Assembly (NCBI GenBank): GCA_964617825.1
Contig: CAZTWL010000006.1
Coordinates: forward strand, 23,315-87,314
Source of the DNA: an uncultured Verrucomicrobiota bacterium
Lineage (GTDB): Bacteria > Verrucomicrobiota > Kiritimatiellia > JAAZAB01
Direction: 5' to 3'
Length of the DNA stretch: 64,000 nt
The translations under genes and the position numbers were made by a program. Positions 19,737-29,810 of this stretch are shown in pieces (positions within the stretch are counted from its first letter, which is position 1; every line of letters begins with the position of its first letter). Below the pieces are notes generated by a model, which was not told the DNA's origin, searched no databases, and worked only from the letters and a program-made list of their open reading frames with translations.

Positions 19737-20990
19737 CTACTTCTCAAAACTCTTCACCGGCGCCAGCCATAATGTGCCGCGGGTGAACAGGCTTTCGCCG
19801 ACTCCGCTGATTTCGCGATGGTCGCCGATCATATGCATGAGCCCCAGCAAGCGTTCTTCCTCGAATAAGGCGCTGACGGTGCTTTCCAGCGGCAAGGGCC
19901 CTTTAGGCAGAGCCTTGATGCTGAACACCGCGGCGTGAGCGTGCGCTGCCGGGTAGGGCGTTTGCCCAATTGGCCGGACAAATGGCCGTAATGCCGAATT
20001 TTCGGCGGCGGTGGCAAAGCCGACAACCAGAACCAAGGTTCGCGCAAATTCGCGCTCAGGCGTAAAGGCCAGCCAATCGCGAATGGCCGGATAGTCGAAA
20101 AGCGAGCCCGTGCCCGCAACCGGGCTGCTGCCCGCAACCGGGCCTGTACCTGTAGCCGGGGAGTGTTTCAAGGCGGCGCCGATCAGACCCGCCGATTCCG
20201 CCAGCATGACCCAGCCGATCGCGGGCGCGCCGGCAATGGAGAGGGCCGCGGTAACGATGTGCGAGAAAGTGGTGTGATCGGCATCTGCACCGGTTTCGAA
20301 GCGAACGCATTGGGCAAAGGCGCCTTCGCCCACCAGGGCATAAAGGACCTGCAGCTCCGGCACCATGGCAGCGCGGGTAACCAGATAATCCGGCGTCTTT
20401 GCGCCATCCGAAGGCAGACAGGCGGCGGCGCCGCCCGCCGCCAGAAATTCGCCGAACCGGATACGGCATTCGCCGAAACCATTGCCAAAGGCGCCCAATC
20501 CCACGGCGAGCGTTCCGCACGGAACCTTGATCCGGCGCGATTCCGATTCCGCAAACGACAGGGAACCAAGGCGCGTTGGATTGCCCACCAGCCGGCACTT
20601 GAGCTTGGCCTCCGGCGCGAGCGGGTAAATTGTGCATTTCAGGGAGCCGAATTTTTTTTCGAAGGTTTGCGGTGGAGTTGCCGGCGCCGAGTCCGCCGGC
20701 GCAACCGGCTGGTTGCCGACCACCAGGTTGATCAACCCGCTGAGTTCCAGTACCGATTGCGCTGCCGGGGATGGCGCCAGGATGCCGAACGAGCCGTTCA
20801 GCTTCCGCAGCATCTGGTGCGATTTCAGCAGGACGCGGATGCCGGCGGAACTTAAAAAAATCACCCGGCTCAGGTTCAGGCGGATATGGTACCGGCCGCC
20901 GCGAATCGCCTCTTCCACTTCTTTTTCCACCGGCCCGGCCTGGGTGGCATCCAGTCGGCCTTCAACCTGTATTTCACAAATATCGTTCAT
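19737..20990 (-). CDS. STAS-domain (anti-sigma-factor-antagonist-like) protein with about 330-aa C-terminal domain of unknown function
   Basis: The likely start is at 20990 (MNDICEIQVEG...). The N-terminal roughly 100 aa match the SpoIIAA/STAS fold pattern (a LNLSRVIFLSSAGIRVLL... helix). The rest is unassigned. Confidence 0.55.
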   Translation of the reverse strand: MNDICEIQVEGRLDATQAGPVEKEVEEAIRGGRYHIRLNLSRVIFLSSAGIRVLLKSHQMLRKLNGSFGILAPSPAAQSVLELSGLINLVVGNQPVAPADSAPATPPQTFEKKFGSLKCTIYPLAPEAKLKCRLVGNPTRLGSLSFAESESRRIKVPCGTLAVGLGAFGNGFGECRIRFGEFLAAGGAAACLPSDGAKTPDYLVTRAAMVPELQVLYALVGEGAFAQCVRFETGADADHTTFSHIVTAALSIAGAPAIGWVMLAESAGLIGAALKHSPATGTGPVAGSSPVAGTGSLFDYPAIRDWLAFTPEREFARTLVLVVGFATAAENSALRPFVRPIGQTPYPAAHAHAAVFSIKALPKGPLPLESTVSALFEEERLLGLMHMIGDHREISGVGESLFTRGTLWLAPVKSFEK

Positions 20991-21000
20991 ATGTCTTCCG

Positions 21001-23994
21001 TTATCGGGTGCTGCCGCGTACGCGCGCCGGCGCATGGCCGATGACTTCATCCGCCCGATCCAGCAGCGCTTGCGGGATAGTCAGTCCGCAGGCGGCGGCA
21101 TTATCCAAGTTAATCACCAGCTGCGTTTTGCTGACCAGCTGAATGGGAATATGCGCCGGCGATTCGCCCTGCAGGATGCGCGCAGCGAGCCGCGCCGTAT
21201 CGCGCCCGGACTGTTCATAGTCCCGCGCGACGGCCACCACGGCGCCGCCGTTGCGGGCCTGGTTGGCGGTAAACCCGAACAGCGGCATCTTGGTTTGGCG
21301 CACGACGCGGGTGATGCCCGCAAACGAAGCGTCAATAATATTGCCGACAACCTGGCAGAACCCGTCAACATTCTGGCTGGCGAGCGTCAGGGCCGCCTCC
21401 GAAATCTCCGCACTCGTGGTCACGGGTACAGCCAGCAGGTCGATATTCACTTTCCGCAGGGCGGCGGCCATGGCGTCTTTGTTGTAAATGCAGCTGTCTT
21501 CGCCGGAGGCGAAGAGCGTACCCATGCGCCGGGCGCCCGGCAGGCATTCCCGGATGACGCCGCCCATGGTTGCATAATCGCTCATCGTGCAGATGCCGGT
21601 GATGTTGGGCGCATGTTCTTCGAACGAAGAGCCGATCCCGGCCAGCATGGGGTTGGCCACGACGGAAAAAACGATCGGGATGTTTTTTATGCGCTGGGCG
21701 GCAGCCTGCAAAGTCGGCGTGGAGGTCAGCAAGATCAAATCGGCCTTGTCGCTTCTGGCGGCCTCCACCATGGCGACAAGATTTTCCATGGCGCCCTGGG
21801 CGTTGGCGACCTTGATCTCGAAGTCGCGTCCGCGCATCAATCCCAGCTTGGGAAATTCGTCCCGCAGGCCGCGTTCGAACTCCTCGACAAGCGAGGATTC
21901 GGCGTAATGCAGAAGATGGATTTTCCATTTGCGCGCGGGTGCGGCCGCCATGACGGTCGCGGCCGCGATGGCGGCTGAGGTTGGCGCGACCACGGAAATC
22001 GGGATGCCGGCGGTCGACGCTCGATTCGCGAGCAGGCTGGCGGGGATTTCGATTCCGAGCCGGAGGGCTTCCTCCTGATTGATGACGATGGCTTGAGCCG
22101 ATACGTTGGTCATCGGAATCGCGGCCGGGCTCTCGCCGCCCAGCACGCGGGCCAGCAGCGGAGCCGCGCCGCGCCCGCTTTCATAATAGCCGACGCCGAT
22201 GCCCGCAAGGGCTTTGTCGGCCCGGAGCGGATCGTCGGGAAACAGAGGCATCCGGGCTTTGCGGCAAGCCATGACCAAGGCATCGAAGCCTTGGTAAACC
22301 GTGTTGTCGCCGGGAATATAAACGGCTTGAATCGAGCGCCCGAGGAGCGCCTGTGCGGATTGGGCGATATCCGCCGTGGTGGTCAGGGTCACTTCCTCGA
22401 GCCGTATATTCCGCTGGCGGCACAAGTCGCGCAGGACGGTAACCACTTTGACGGAATTGGCTTCGCTGCTGTTATAGATGACGCCCAGCCCGGCCATGTT
22501 GGGAATCAAACTGCGCATGCAATCGAGAGTTTCCTTGAGCGGCGGGAACGAGCCCACGCCGGTTACGTTAGGCAGATGATCGTTCCAGGATTTACCGATG
22601 CCGGCGGAGATCGGATCGGTTACATAAGTGAAGACCACGGGCTTGTGTTTGGCTATGCCGGCGGCGGCCATGAGCACCGGCGTGGTAAAGGTGACAATCA
22701 CATCCACGTCGCTGTTGTCGAGGGTTTTGATGACCGTTGGAATCGTGGCGATTTCCGCCTGTGCGCCGAGCCGGCGTATGACCAGGTTGCGGCCTTCGAC
22801 ATAACCGAATTCGCGCAAGCCCTCGATCAGGCCACGGTCGGCGGTATCGTAGCCCTGTTCCGGGGCAAAAAAGGCGATGCCGATCCGGTACGTCCGGCCG
22901 GCTTCCGGAGGCTGGCATAGCGGCGTTTTGGGCGGCAATGCATTGGTCGCATGCGCGCCCTGGGCATCGATGACGATGGAAGCGGAGCGCATTATTTCCG
23001 CCGGGATTTTCCATGCGTCGCGCAAGTTGGCCAGGGCAAGCAGATTGACCGCCAGCTTTTGGGGCACGACATTATCGATCGGCACACTGCGCGGATCGCG
23101 CCCCTTGATGATTTCCACCGCCAGGTTGCCCGTGATCTGGCCCACTTCATAATAATTGGCGCCCAGCCCCAGCAAGGCCCCTGTTTTGGCGTGATCCGGG
23201 GCGTTGGCAAAAACGGGAATGCGCGCTTCCATGGCCGGCTTGATCACGGATCCGGCCGTCAATTCGACAACATTGTCGCCTCCGATCCAGAGGGCCTGGA
23301 CATTCTTGGCCACCAGCGATTGGGCCGCTTCCATGACCTCGACCGTGCTCTGCACGGTAGCCTCCAACAGCGTGATATCCAGTTCCCTGCAGACTTCGCG
23401 GGCCAGCGCGAGACAGGCTTCCGAACACGTTTCCGAAGCGCACCAGACCACGCCGACGCGTTTGAGTTCGGGATAGCACTGTTTGGCCAGGCGGAACACT
23501 TCCTTGACCGGCTGGAAGGTGCCGATCCCGGCCAGGTGCCCCGGCCGGATATCGGGATGCTTGCGATCCAACCCTATTCCGGACAGGTACGGATCCGTGA
23601 CCGTGCCGAACACATGACGAACCTTGCCGGCCTGGTTGGCGCCGGCCATGACTTGCATGGCCGGCGTGCTGAAAGTGACAACCATGTCGAAATCGCCGCC
23701 CGCGATGGCCTTGGCAATGGTGTTGGCGGTGGGCAGGTCGGATTCGGCATTGAAACGCTGGATCATAACCGTTTTATTCGGGATCAGGTTGTGCCTGGCA
23801 AAGGCGTCCAGGCAGCCGTTGACGCTGTCGTCCAGAATTTGACGGCTGGCGATCTGGAAGATCGCCACGCGCGGGATCTTGGCCTGGACCGCGGGCGCGG
23901 ACTTGCGGTTTTGCCGGTCGGATAGCAGCAGGATCGCCGCGGCGATGCCGATGAGCACAAAGCCAAGCGCCAAGCGTTTAAGAACGTATCCCAT
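21001..23994 (-). CDS. triple tandem ABC-transporter substrate-binding domain protein (3x ABC_sub_bind/PF04392-like)
   Basis: A 997-aa protein with a signal peptide or membrane anchor. It has three about 300-aa segments, each showing the hallmark pattern of this SBP family (IG(I/V)xxFA...G(L/I)xE..., V(V/T)FTTP...). Confidence 0.65.
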   Translation of the reverse strand: MGYVLKRLALGFVLIGIAAAILLLSDRQNRKSAPAVQAKIPRVAIFQIASRQILDDSVNGCLDAFARHNLIPNKTVMIQRFNAESDLPTANTIAKAIAGGDFDMVVTFSTPAMQVMAGANQAGKVRHVFGTVTDPYLSGIGLDRKHPDIRPGHLAGIGTFQPVKEVFRLAKQCYPELKRVGVVWCASETCSEACLALAREVCRELDITLLEATVQSTVEVMEAAQSLVAKNVQALWIGGDNVVELTAGSVIKPAMEARIPVFANAPDHAKTGALLGLGANYYEVGQITGNLAVEIIKGRDPRSVPIDNVVPQKLAVNLLALANLRDAWKIPAEIMRSASIVIDAQGAHATNALPPKTPLCQPPEAGRTYRIGIAFFAPEQGYDTADRGLIEGLREFGYVEGRNLVIRRLGAQAEIATIPTVIKTLDNSDVDVIVTFTTPVLMAAAGIAKHKPVVFTYVTDPISAGIGKSWNDHLPNVTGVGSFPPLKETLDCMRSLIPNMAGLGVIYNSSEANSVKVVTVLRDLCRQRNIRLEEVTLTTTADIAQSAQALLGRSIQAVYIPGDNTVYQGFDALVMACRKARMPLFPDDPLRADKALAGIGVGYYESGRGAAPLLARVLGGESPAAIPMTNVSAQAIVINQEEALRLGIEIPASLLANRASTAGIPISVVAPTSAAIAAATVMAAAPARKWKIHLLHYAESSLVEEFERGLRDEFPKLGLMRGRDFEIKVANAQGAMENLVAMVEAARSDKADLILLTSTPTLQAAAQRIKNIPIVFSVVANPMLAGIGSSFEEHAPNITGICTMSDYATMGGVIRECLPGARRMGTLFASGEDSCIYNKDAMAAALRKVNIDLLAVPVTTSAEISEAALTLASQNVDGFCQVVGNIIDASFAGITRVVRQTKMPLFGFTANQARNGGAVVAVARDYEQSGRDTARLAARILQGESPAHIPIQLVSKTQLVINLDNAAACGLTIPQALLDRADEVIGHAPARVRGSTR

Positions 23995-24025
23995 ACTTAA
24001 TTGACGCCCCTGGTTGCCTGCATTG

Positions 24026-24649
24026 CTATATGGCGTGCGCCAGCTTGCGCAAGCCGAAGGCCAGAACGATCATGCTGATGGCCATCACAACGGCAATGAC
24101 GCCGACGACTTGCATCAACAACACGGCCGAAACGAGCGGCTCGGAAATCAGGACGGCGGCAAAGCCGAGCGCGACGATGCCTTCCACGAGCAGCAGCCAT
24201 TTGTGCGCGCCTGTTTTCCACAGGCGGATGGCCGTTGCGAGGCGCATAATGCCGGCGATCAGGACAAAGCAGGCCATCAGGTAGATTATCAAGGTTTGGG
24301 TGACGATCGCGCTCAGCAATGGACTGCTGAAAATGGCAACGCCGGCCAGAAGATAACAAATGCCGCCCAGCAGCGCCAGCCAGCGGGATCGGCCCATATG
24401 CCCCGCGATGGCGCCAACGATCAGCAGGATGCCGTCCAGTATGAAGAAAAATCCCATGACTTGGACAAGGCCGAGGATCAAGCCGGCCGGCTGGAAAAAG
24501 GCAAACAGACCGAGAATGGCGGCCAGAATGCCGCGCAAAAGCATGACCCACCAGGCGCCATGCAGAATCTCCTTCAAAACTCCGCCGCCGGTTATTTCGA
24601 TCATAATGGCTTGCCTTTCGGTATGGTTGTTTTCAGCGCCATCAGTCAT
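24026..24649 (-). CDS. HdeD-family (DUF308) acid-resistance-type membrane protein
   Basis: It has six predicted TM helices with the repeated GILLIVGAIA / GIVALGFAAVL pattern typical of HdeD. Confidence 0.65.
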   Translation of the reverse strand: MTDGAENNHTERQAIMIEITGGGVLKEILHGAWWVMLLRGILAAILGLFAFFQPAGLILGLVQVMGFFFILDGILLIVGAIAGHMGRSRWLALLGGICYLLAGVAIFSSPLLSAIVTQTLIIYLMACFVLIAGIMRLATAIRLWKTGAHKWLLLVEGIVALGFAAVLISEPLVSAVLLMQVVGVIAVVMAISMIVLAFGLRKLAHAI

Positions 24650-24694
24650 GCCGTCATCCTACCGAATCGGGCGGAAATATTCATTAAATATTTC

Positions 24695-25057
24695 CACTGG
24701 CGTCCCACAGGATGGTCTGGCTGAGGGCTGTGGGCCGTAGACCGTGGGAAAACACCAGGAAAAGCGATGATTATGAAAAGCCCTTCAAAATCCTCAGTTC
24801 CGTTTTTTCCAACTTTGATTTATTCGATGCCGACCTACAGCCTACGGCCTACAGTCTGCAGTCCGAGGCGTCCCATAGGGACGCCGAGACTGTGGGCATT
24901 TGGGCCGTAGGCTGTAGGTCGGAAATAATAATACACATTGGCAAAAAACCGGAACTCAAGTTTATGGGAACATGAGAAACGTTTTCGCTTTTTCCGCGAT
25001 TTTACCTATGGTCTACAGTCTTCAGCCTACAGCCCGAGCATCCTGTGGGACGCCAAT
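24695..25057. repeat. tandem pair of MITE-like repeats (family A copy 24695-24885 + degenerate copy 24886-25057)
   Basis: CACTGGCGTCCCACAGGATGGTCTGGCTGAGGGCTGTGGGCCGTAGACC...GGCGTCCCATAGGGACGCC is followed by a second, diverged unit ending ...GAGCATCCTGTGGGACGCCAATCAA. Confidence 0.75.
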
Positions 25058-26988
25058 CAAATATTTCCATGCATGGGAGAACGGATCGAATAAGCTTTCG
25101 GTTTGCAGAAATGGTTGGGCGGCCGCATGGAATTGATGGCCAGCCACCTTGCTTTTTCAGCGTTAACCAGGACCATCTCGCCGGAAACCAGTTTCTGGTC
25201 GACGATCTGGAATGCTTCGTTCAAAAATAAAGCCCGGACCCGCGCCTCGTTGCAGCGTAACAGGCCGACATCGAGAACCGGCGGCAGCGTCAGGCGTGTT
25301 TTGAACCGATCGAGCCGGACGCTGTCGACGAGGTAGGCGTTATTAGTAATGCCGCACAGGCCGACCTGGTTGTTTAAGACGATTTCGACGCGCATGTCCG
25401 GCTTAACAATGTCTTCCGGAATGGGTATTTCCAGCGAGTCTTCCCAATGGTTCATTCCCCGGCAAAGCAGGGAACGGCCCTGGACGAGAATTTCGATCTC
25501 GCCGTCAATGCCGTTGAACAGGAGCGCGAGCCGGCGCCCCGCAGCGCGGTTTATTTTAACCCTGGTGCGGTAATAAAAAGTTCCCTGGAAGTCCTTGGGA
25601 GCGATTTGCTGGATTTGCAGGTTGGAAGCCGGGAAAACTTTTTTGAATTTTTTGTCATTTGCCCCGCGTATTTCCCAGTCGCCTAGCTCGCGGCCGTAAA
25701 GCAAACGCAGGCCGGCCCGTCCCGGATTGCCGAACTTGAAGGTCAAATCATTAACGCCGCCCTTTTTCAGGAGCGGCAGCACGTCCATGTCCAGGCCTGA
25801 AAAAGCCGTGATATCCTTGGAGACATTGTTGATGGCCAGCATGGTCCGGAAAGAATTTCCCAGTTTGATGGCCAGGGTCCGGCCGAAGGGGCGCAGATCA
25901 TAAGCCGTTTCCCGGCAACCGCAGCGGGCAAACCGGCAAAAAACCTTGCGGTCGAGGGTATGCGGTTTCAAGGGCACCCCGCCGGCCAGGGCGCTGATTT
26001 CCAGGCCGGGGTTGCCGCTATCATCCGCCGGCGGCACGAAGATTGTGCGCGGTGCGCCGGGCGGCAGGCAATAGGCGGAAGCTGCGCGGGGTCCTAAGAT
26101 AAAAGTTCGGCCGCCCGCATCGAACGTCAGGATGGCGCGCGCAATGTTCCGGAATATCCCGCAGCGCGGTATGTTCGGAATGGCGGCATAGGCTTCGCCG
26201 TCCAGGATTATTTTGGCGCGGCCATATTTTTCAAGCAGCGTCAGGCCGTAATAAGGGATTTTACCGAGAGGCAGAAGCTTGCCATCCAGCAAATTCGAAT
26301 GGGCGTAAATATATTTCAGGGCGTCGCACAGCGGCTGGGCGCCGGTGAAATAGCCCCGCCAGAAGGCAACGGTGGCGCCTTTCTTCAAGGCGGCCAGGAG
26401 GGCCTGCTCGCTGAAGACATCCAGGGCCGCAAAAGTCCTGGCTTTGCCGATATCTTCCGTCAGGTGCGCATCCGAATTGCCCAGGGCGGCAATGGCCAAT
26501 CCTTTTTTCAGGCAGCGATTGATATAGTCGCGGCCGAGCTGCGGCGCGCTGGAAAGGAAATTGTAGGCTTCGGCGCTGACGGCGCTTGTCCCGCCGGCCT
26601 GGAAATAGGCCTGATCCGTGGCATGCGCCTGCGAAATAAAAACATCGTTCCGGCGATTCAATGCGAGGACCTGCGCGCAGTCTTTCCCTTTTAATTCGTA
26701 ATTGGCGCCGATGATCAGCACGTGATTTTTACGGGAATCGGTGAATTCCTGGCCGGTCAGGATTGGAATGGGGCTCGGGCCCGCCAGCCGCGCTTGTTCC
26801 GCTCCCTGCCGGGAGTTATGGTCGGTGACCGCGCAGGCATCCAGCCTGGCGCCGCCCAGCGCGCATAACAAGTCTTCCGGCTTGGTCAGCCCGTCGCTGA
26901 CGGTCGTATGAATATGAAAATCCGCGGCAATCAGGTGTTTGGCAAACAGCAGCGCAAATATTTTTTTCATGAACAAGACCGTATCCAT
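25057..26988 (-). CDS. secreted PHP-domain metallohydrolase (CehA/McbA-like)
   Basis: The likely start is at 26970 or 26988 (MKKIFALLFAKHLIAADFHIHTTVSDG), i.e. a signal peptide followed by the PHP HxH motif, with DHN later. The ORF extends to 27321. Confidence 0.55.
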   Translation of the reverse strand: MDTVLFMKKIFALLFAKHLIAADFHIHTTVSDGLTKPEDLLCALGGARLDACAVTDHNSRQGAEQARLAGPSPIPILTGQEFTDSRKNHVLIIGANYELKGKDCAQVLALNRRNDVFISQAHATDQAYFQAGGTSAVSAEAYNFLSSAPQLGRDYINRCLKKGLAIAALGNSDAHLTEDIGKARTFAALDVFSEQALLAALKKGATVAFWRGYFTGAQPLCDALKYIYAHSNLLDGKLLPLGKIPYYGLTLLEKYGRAKIILDGEAYAAIPNIPRCGIFRNIARAILTFDAGGRTFILGPRAASAYCLPPGAPRTIFVPPADDSGNPGLEISALAGGVPLKPHTLDRKVFCRFARCGCRETAYDLRPFGRTLAIKLGNSFRTMLAINNVSKDITAFSGLDMDVLPLLKKGGVNDLTFKFGNPGRAGLRLLYGRELGDWEIRGANDKKFKKVFPASNLQIQQIAPKDFQGTFYYRTRVKINRAAGRRLALLFNGIDGEIEILVQGRSLLCRGMNHWEDSLEIPIPEDIVKPDMRVEIVLNNQVGLCGITNNAYLVDSVRLDRFKTRLTLPPVLDVGLLRCNEARVRALFLNEAFQIVDQKLVSGEMVLVNAEKARWLAINSMRPPNHFCKPKAYSIRSPMHGNI

Positions 26989-27360
26989 CAGGCCGGATTT
27001 TCCGCAGCCGCCGATCCAGATTTGCGGCCAGCAGGTGTCCGGCAATATGGATACGAAGGAAGCGGGCCGCGCGGCCTGTAACGCTTGCGGCAGCTGTCGC
27101 CAGTCAAGGTCGGATTTGATCCGGCCGATCCGGAAGGCGGCTGCTTGGCGGTTGCCGGAATTTATTTTCACCGGCGCCTGGAAAAAGTCCGCGAGCTGGC
27201 GGGCCAGCCGGACGCAGGCGGGCGCCGCATCCTCGAGCGAGATGCAGCGGTGCTTGACCGGAAAATGCTTCAGGATGTTTTGCGAGGGTAGAAATCGGAC
27301 ATACATATATGGCTCGTCCATGCTTTCCGCTCCGGCGCGGTCCGGCTCCGCGCGCCGGCA

Positions 27361-29487
27361 TCAATCTGGTTTTCCGGCCGTTATGCAAAGCACGGCATAA
27401 CGCTTGAGCGTATGCGCCGGGATCGTGATGCGGCATCCGCCGCCGGCGCGCTTGACCTTGGCCGGTTTGCGTCCTTTCCAGTCCGGCGAAATCAGGTATG
27501 CCTGTGCGATCGAATTCAGGCGCAGGGCCAGGTCGATGTCGTCGGCTTGCGCCGGATAGGTTGGCGGGGCATCGGCGGGGATCATGCCGCCGACGGCAAC
27601 CGAATCCCCGCGGCAATTGAGCAGATGCACAACCAGGTTGTTATCCGGCCGGCGAAAGGCCTTGATCAATAGCCCGGGTGGCGCCTGCACAACGGTCAGG
27701 GGCTGACCGGCGTCTTCCATCCAGCGGACGGCATCCATCATCAGGGATAGCTGCAATTGCAGATCTGCAGCGGAAGCGGCCGGCGCGCTCGGCACATTCC
27801 GGATGCGCGGTTTTCCCAGACTGTTGAACTCGCCAAACACGATCCGGCCCGGGCGATTGGCAAAATAGGCCCATTTCCCAAGGCCATACTTGCCGAAGCG
27901 GGCAACCTGCGGCCCGGAGAAGGCAGCCGAGCCATCGGCCGCGTCGGCGTTAAATCCCAATTTGGCCAGGCGGTATTCCGGCATCGATCTTTGCGCGCCG
28001 GTTTCGTCGCAGGTCCCCGCCTTATGCGTCACAATCAGATTGCCGCCCTGGGCCACGTAATCGACAATGGCCTGGCAGGCGTCGTCACTCATGCAGCTTG
28101 TATCCGGGAGAATGACCAGGGCATATTGCCGCAAACCGGACAGGGTCAATTCCGGCTCGATGATCGTTGCATATTGCCTGTAGGCATCCGTCAGCGTTTG
28201 GCACCAGCCCGCCCATTCCCTGACATAAGGATACCAGGCTTCCCCGATGGGACCCAGATGCGCAAGCTCCATGTTCCGCGTCGCGGCGGAGGAGAGGATC
28301 CCGATAGCGGCCAGCGGCCGGATCGCGCCGGTCAATTCGGCCTTATGTTTTTCCTCCCAGCCGAATAATTCCTCGAACTGCGCCAAATCTTTGGGGGAAT
28401 TCAACAATTGATGGCGCCGGGCCAGCGCGCCGCCGCCGGAGGTGGCCCAGACCCGCACGCCATGCGCCACCCGGATGGCCCAGCTGAGAAAGCTTTCCTG
28501 GGGCGCCGCGTACATGATCGTCATCGTCGGCGTGCCGTAATAATTGCTTAGCCCGTTATACGCCATAAAGGAAGCCGATAACCTGCGCCAGCTGTATAAG
28601 ATCGAGGTTGTGCCGCCGCATAATTCGGCGAACAGCAGGTTGACCCCCCGCATTCTTTCCTCGTTGCTGTCGCCATATAATGGAACGGATGCCGGGCATT
28701 CCGCCTGGTTCTTGCAGCCTAGCAACAGCGGATGGGCCCGCGCTTTCCTGATGGCGGCCTGCAAATCCGCGTAAAAATCGCCGACCGAAGCGGCCCGGAA
28801 TCGAATCCAGGCCCTGAACGCGGGATTGTCAAAACGCCCCCAAAAATAAGCCGCCTCGCCGGAAGGGACGGTTAATCCGGTTTGGCGGAGAAATTTTGCG
28901 CGGCAATGCGGGCAAACGCAATTGTGCCAGCCGGTGCGAAAGTAAACTTCGTCCGTCATGAGGCCGTCCACCCCGGTTTCCCGGACAACCTTGGCGGCCA
29001 GTCGAAAATATTCCGCGCGAAAATCGGGATTATTGATGCACCACAAATACCAGCCATTACCCGGCCAGTCATCGGCCCATTTGACGAACGCGCAGGCGCC
29101 GGTCTGCGCATCGATATTCAACCATTCCCGGCAGGCGGCGGGAATTTCGGCCAACTCGTGGCCGACGAATGTCGCGGTTGTATGATGGATCACCCTGATT
29201 CCCGCGCGCTGGCAGGCCTGCGTTGCCCGGCGGATGGCGGCAATCACCCGGTCGGTTTTGCCTTCATGTTCAAAGCGGATCAGGCCGCGCAGGCCCTCGG
29301 TCAAAACCGTGTTGATTCCGGCCCGTTTGAGCGTTTGCACGCCCTGCGCGATTTCGTCGTTATCGAGGGCGCCCGCAAAAGTGGGCTCCATGCACGATTC
29401 TTTGGCCGTTCCTGGCGCTCCGGCCTTAAGCCACCAGTGCGTCCAGCGCGAATTCCAAACCCATTCGTTATGACCGGCAAGATTCAT
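27361..29487 (-). CDS. putative glycoside-hydrolase-like protein (GHL-type TIM barrel + beta-galactosidase-trimerisation-like C-terminal region); function uncertain
   Basis: About 710 aa from the likely start at 29487 (MNLAGHNEW...). The pattern is weakly reminiscent of GH42/GHL6 families. No signal peptide is visible. Confidence 0.4.
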   Translation of the reverse strand: MNLAGHNEWVWNSRWTHWWLKAGAPGTAKESCMEPTFAGALDNDEIAQGVQTLKRAGINTVLTEGLRGLIRFEHEGKTDRVIAAIRRATQACQRAGIRVIHHTTATFVGHELAEIPAACREWLNIDAQTGACAFVKWADDWPGNGWYLWCINNPDFRAEYFRLAAKVVRETGVDGLMTDEVYFRTGWHNCVCPHCRAKFLRQTGLTVPSGEAAYFWGRFDNPAFRAWIRFRAASVGDFYADLQAAIRKARAHPLLLGCKNQAECPASVPLYGDSNEERMRGVNLLFAELCGGTTSILYSWRRLSASFMAYNGLSNYYGTPTMTIMYAAPQESFLSWAIRVAHGVRVWATSGGGALARRHQLLNSPKDLAQFEELFGWEEKHKAELTGAIRPLAAIGILSSAATRNMELAHLGPIGEAWYPYVREWAGWCQTLTDAYRQYATIIEPELTLSGLRQYALVILPDTSCMSDDACQAIVDYVAQGGNLIVTHKAGTCDETGAQRSMPEYRLAKLGFNADAADGSAAFSGPQVARFGKYGLGKWAYFANRPGRIVFGEFNSLGKPRIRNVPSAPAASAADLQLQLSLMMDAVRWMEDAGQPLTVVQAPPGLLIKAFRRPDNNLVVHLLNCRGDSVAVGGMIPADAPPTYPAQADDIDLALRLNSIAQAYLISPDWKGRKPAKVKRAGGGCRITIPAHTLKRYAVLCITAGKPD

Positions 29488-29810
29488 TTTAATGTTCCTT
29501 GACATGCGATTCCGGGCGAGTACCTTGTTGCAAAGAATGTCGGCAATGACCGTAATGAAACAGTTTTTGCGGTGGTTGTCCAATGCTTTATGCCATCGAC
29601 AAAACAGGCCTGAAAATAGTGGCCGGGGCGGGGGCATCCCGGCTCCAAGTATAAGTCTCCCCGCCTGGGGGCCTGACTTTAGCAAACGGCATTGCCGGGT
29701 TTTCAAGACGTTCTTGCCATATTTCATTCTTCAGCCTACAGTTTCGGTGTTCTTTGGGACGTCAATTCCGTTGGCGCGGTAACGACAAAACATAGAAAGG
29801 TGTAAAGCAT

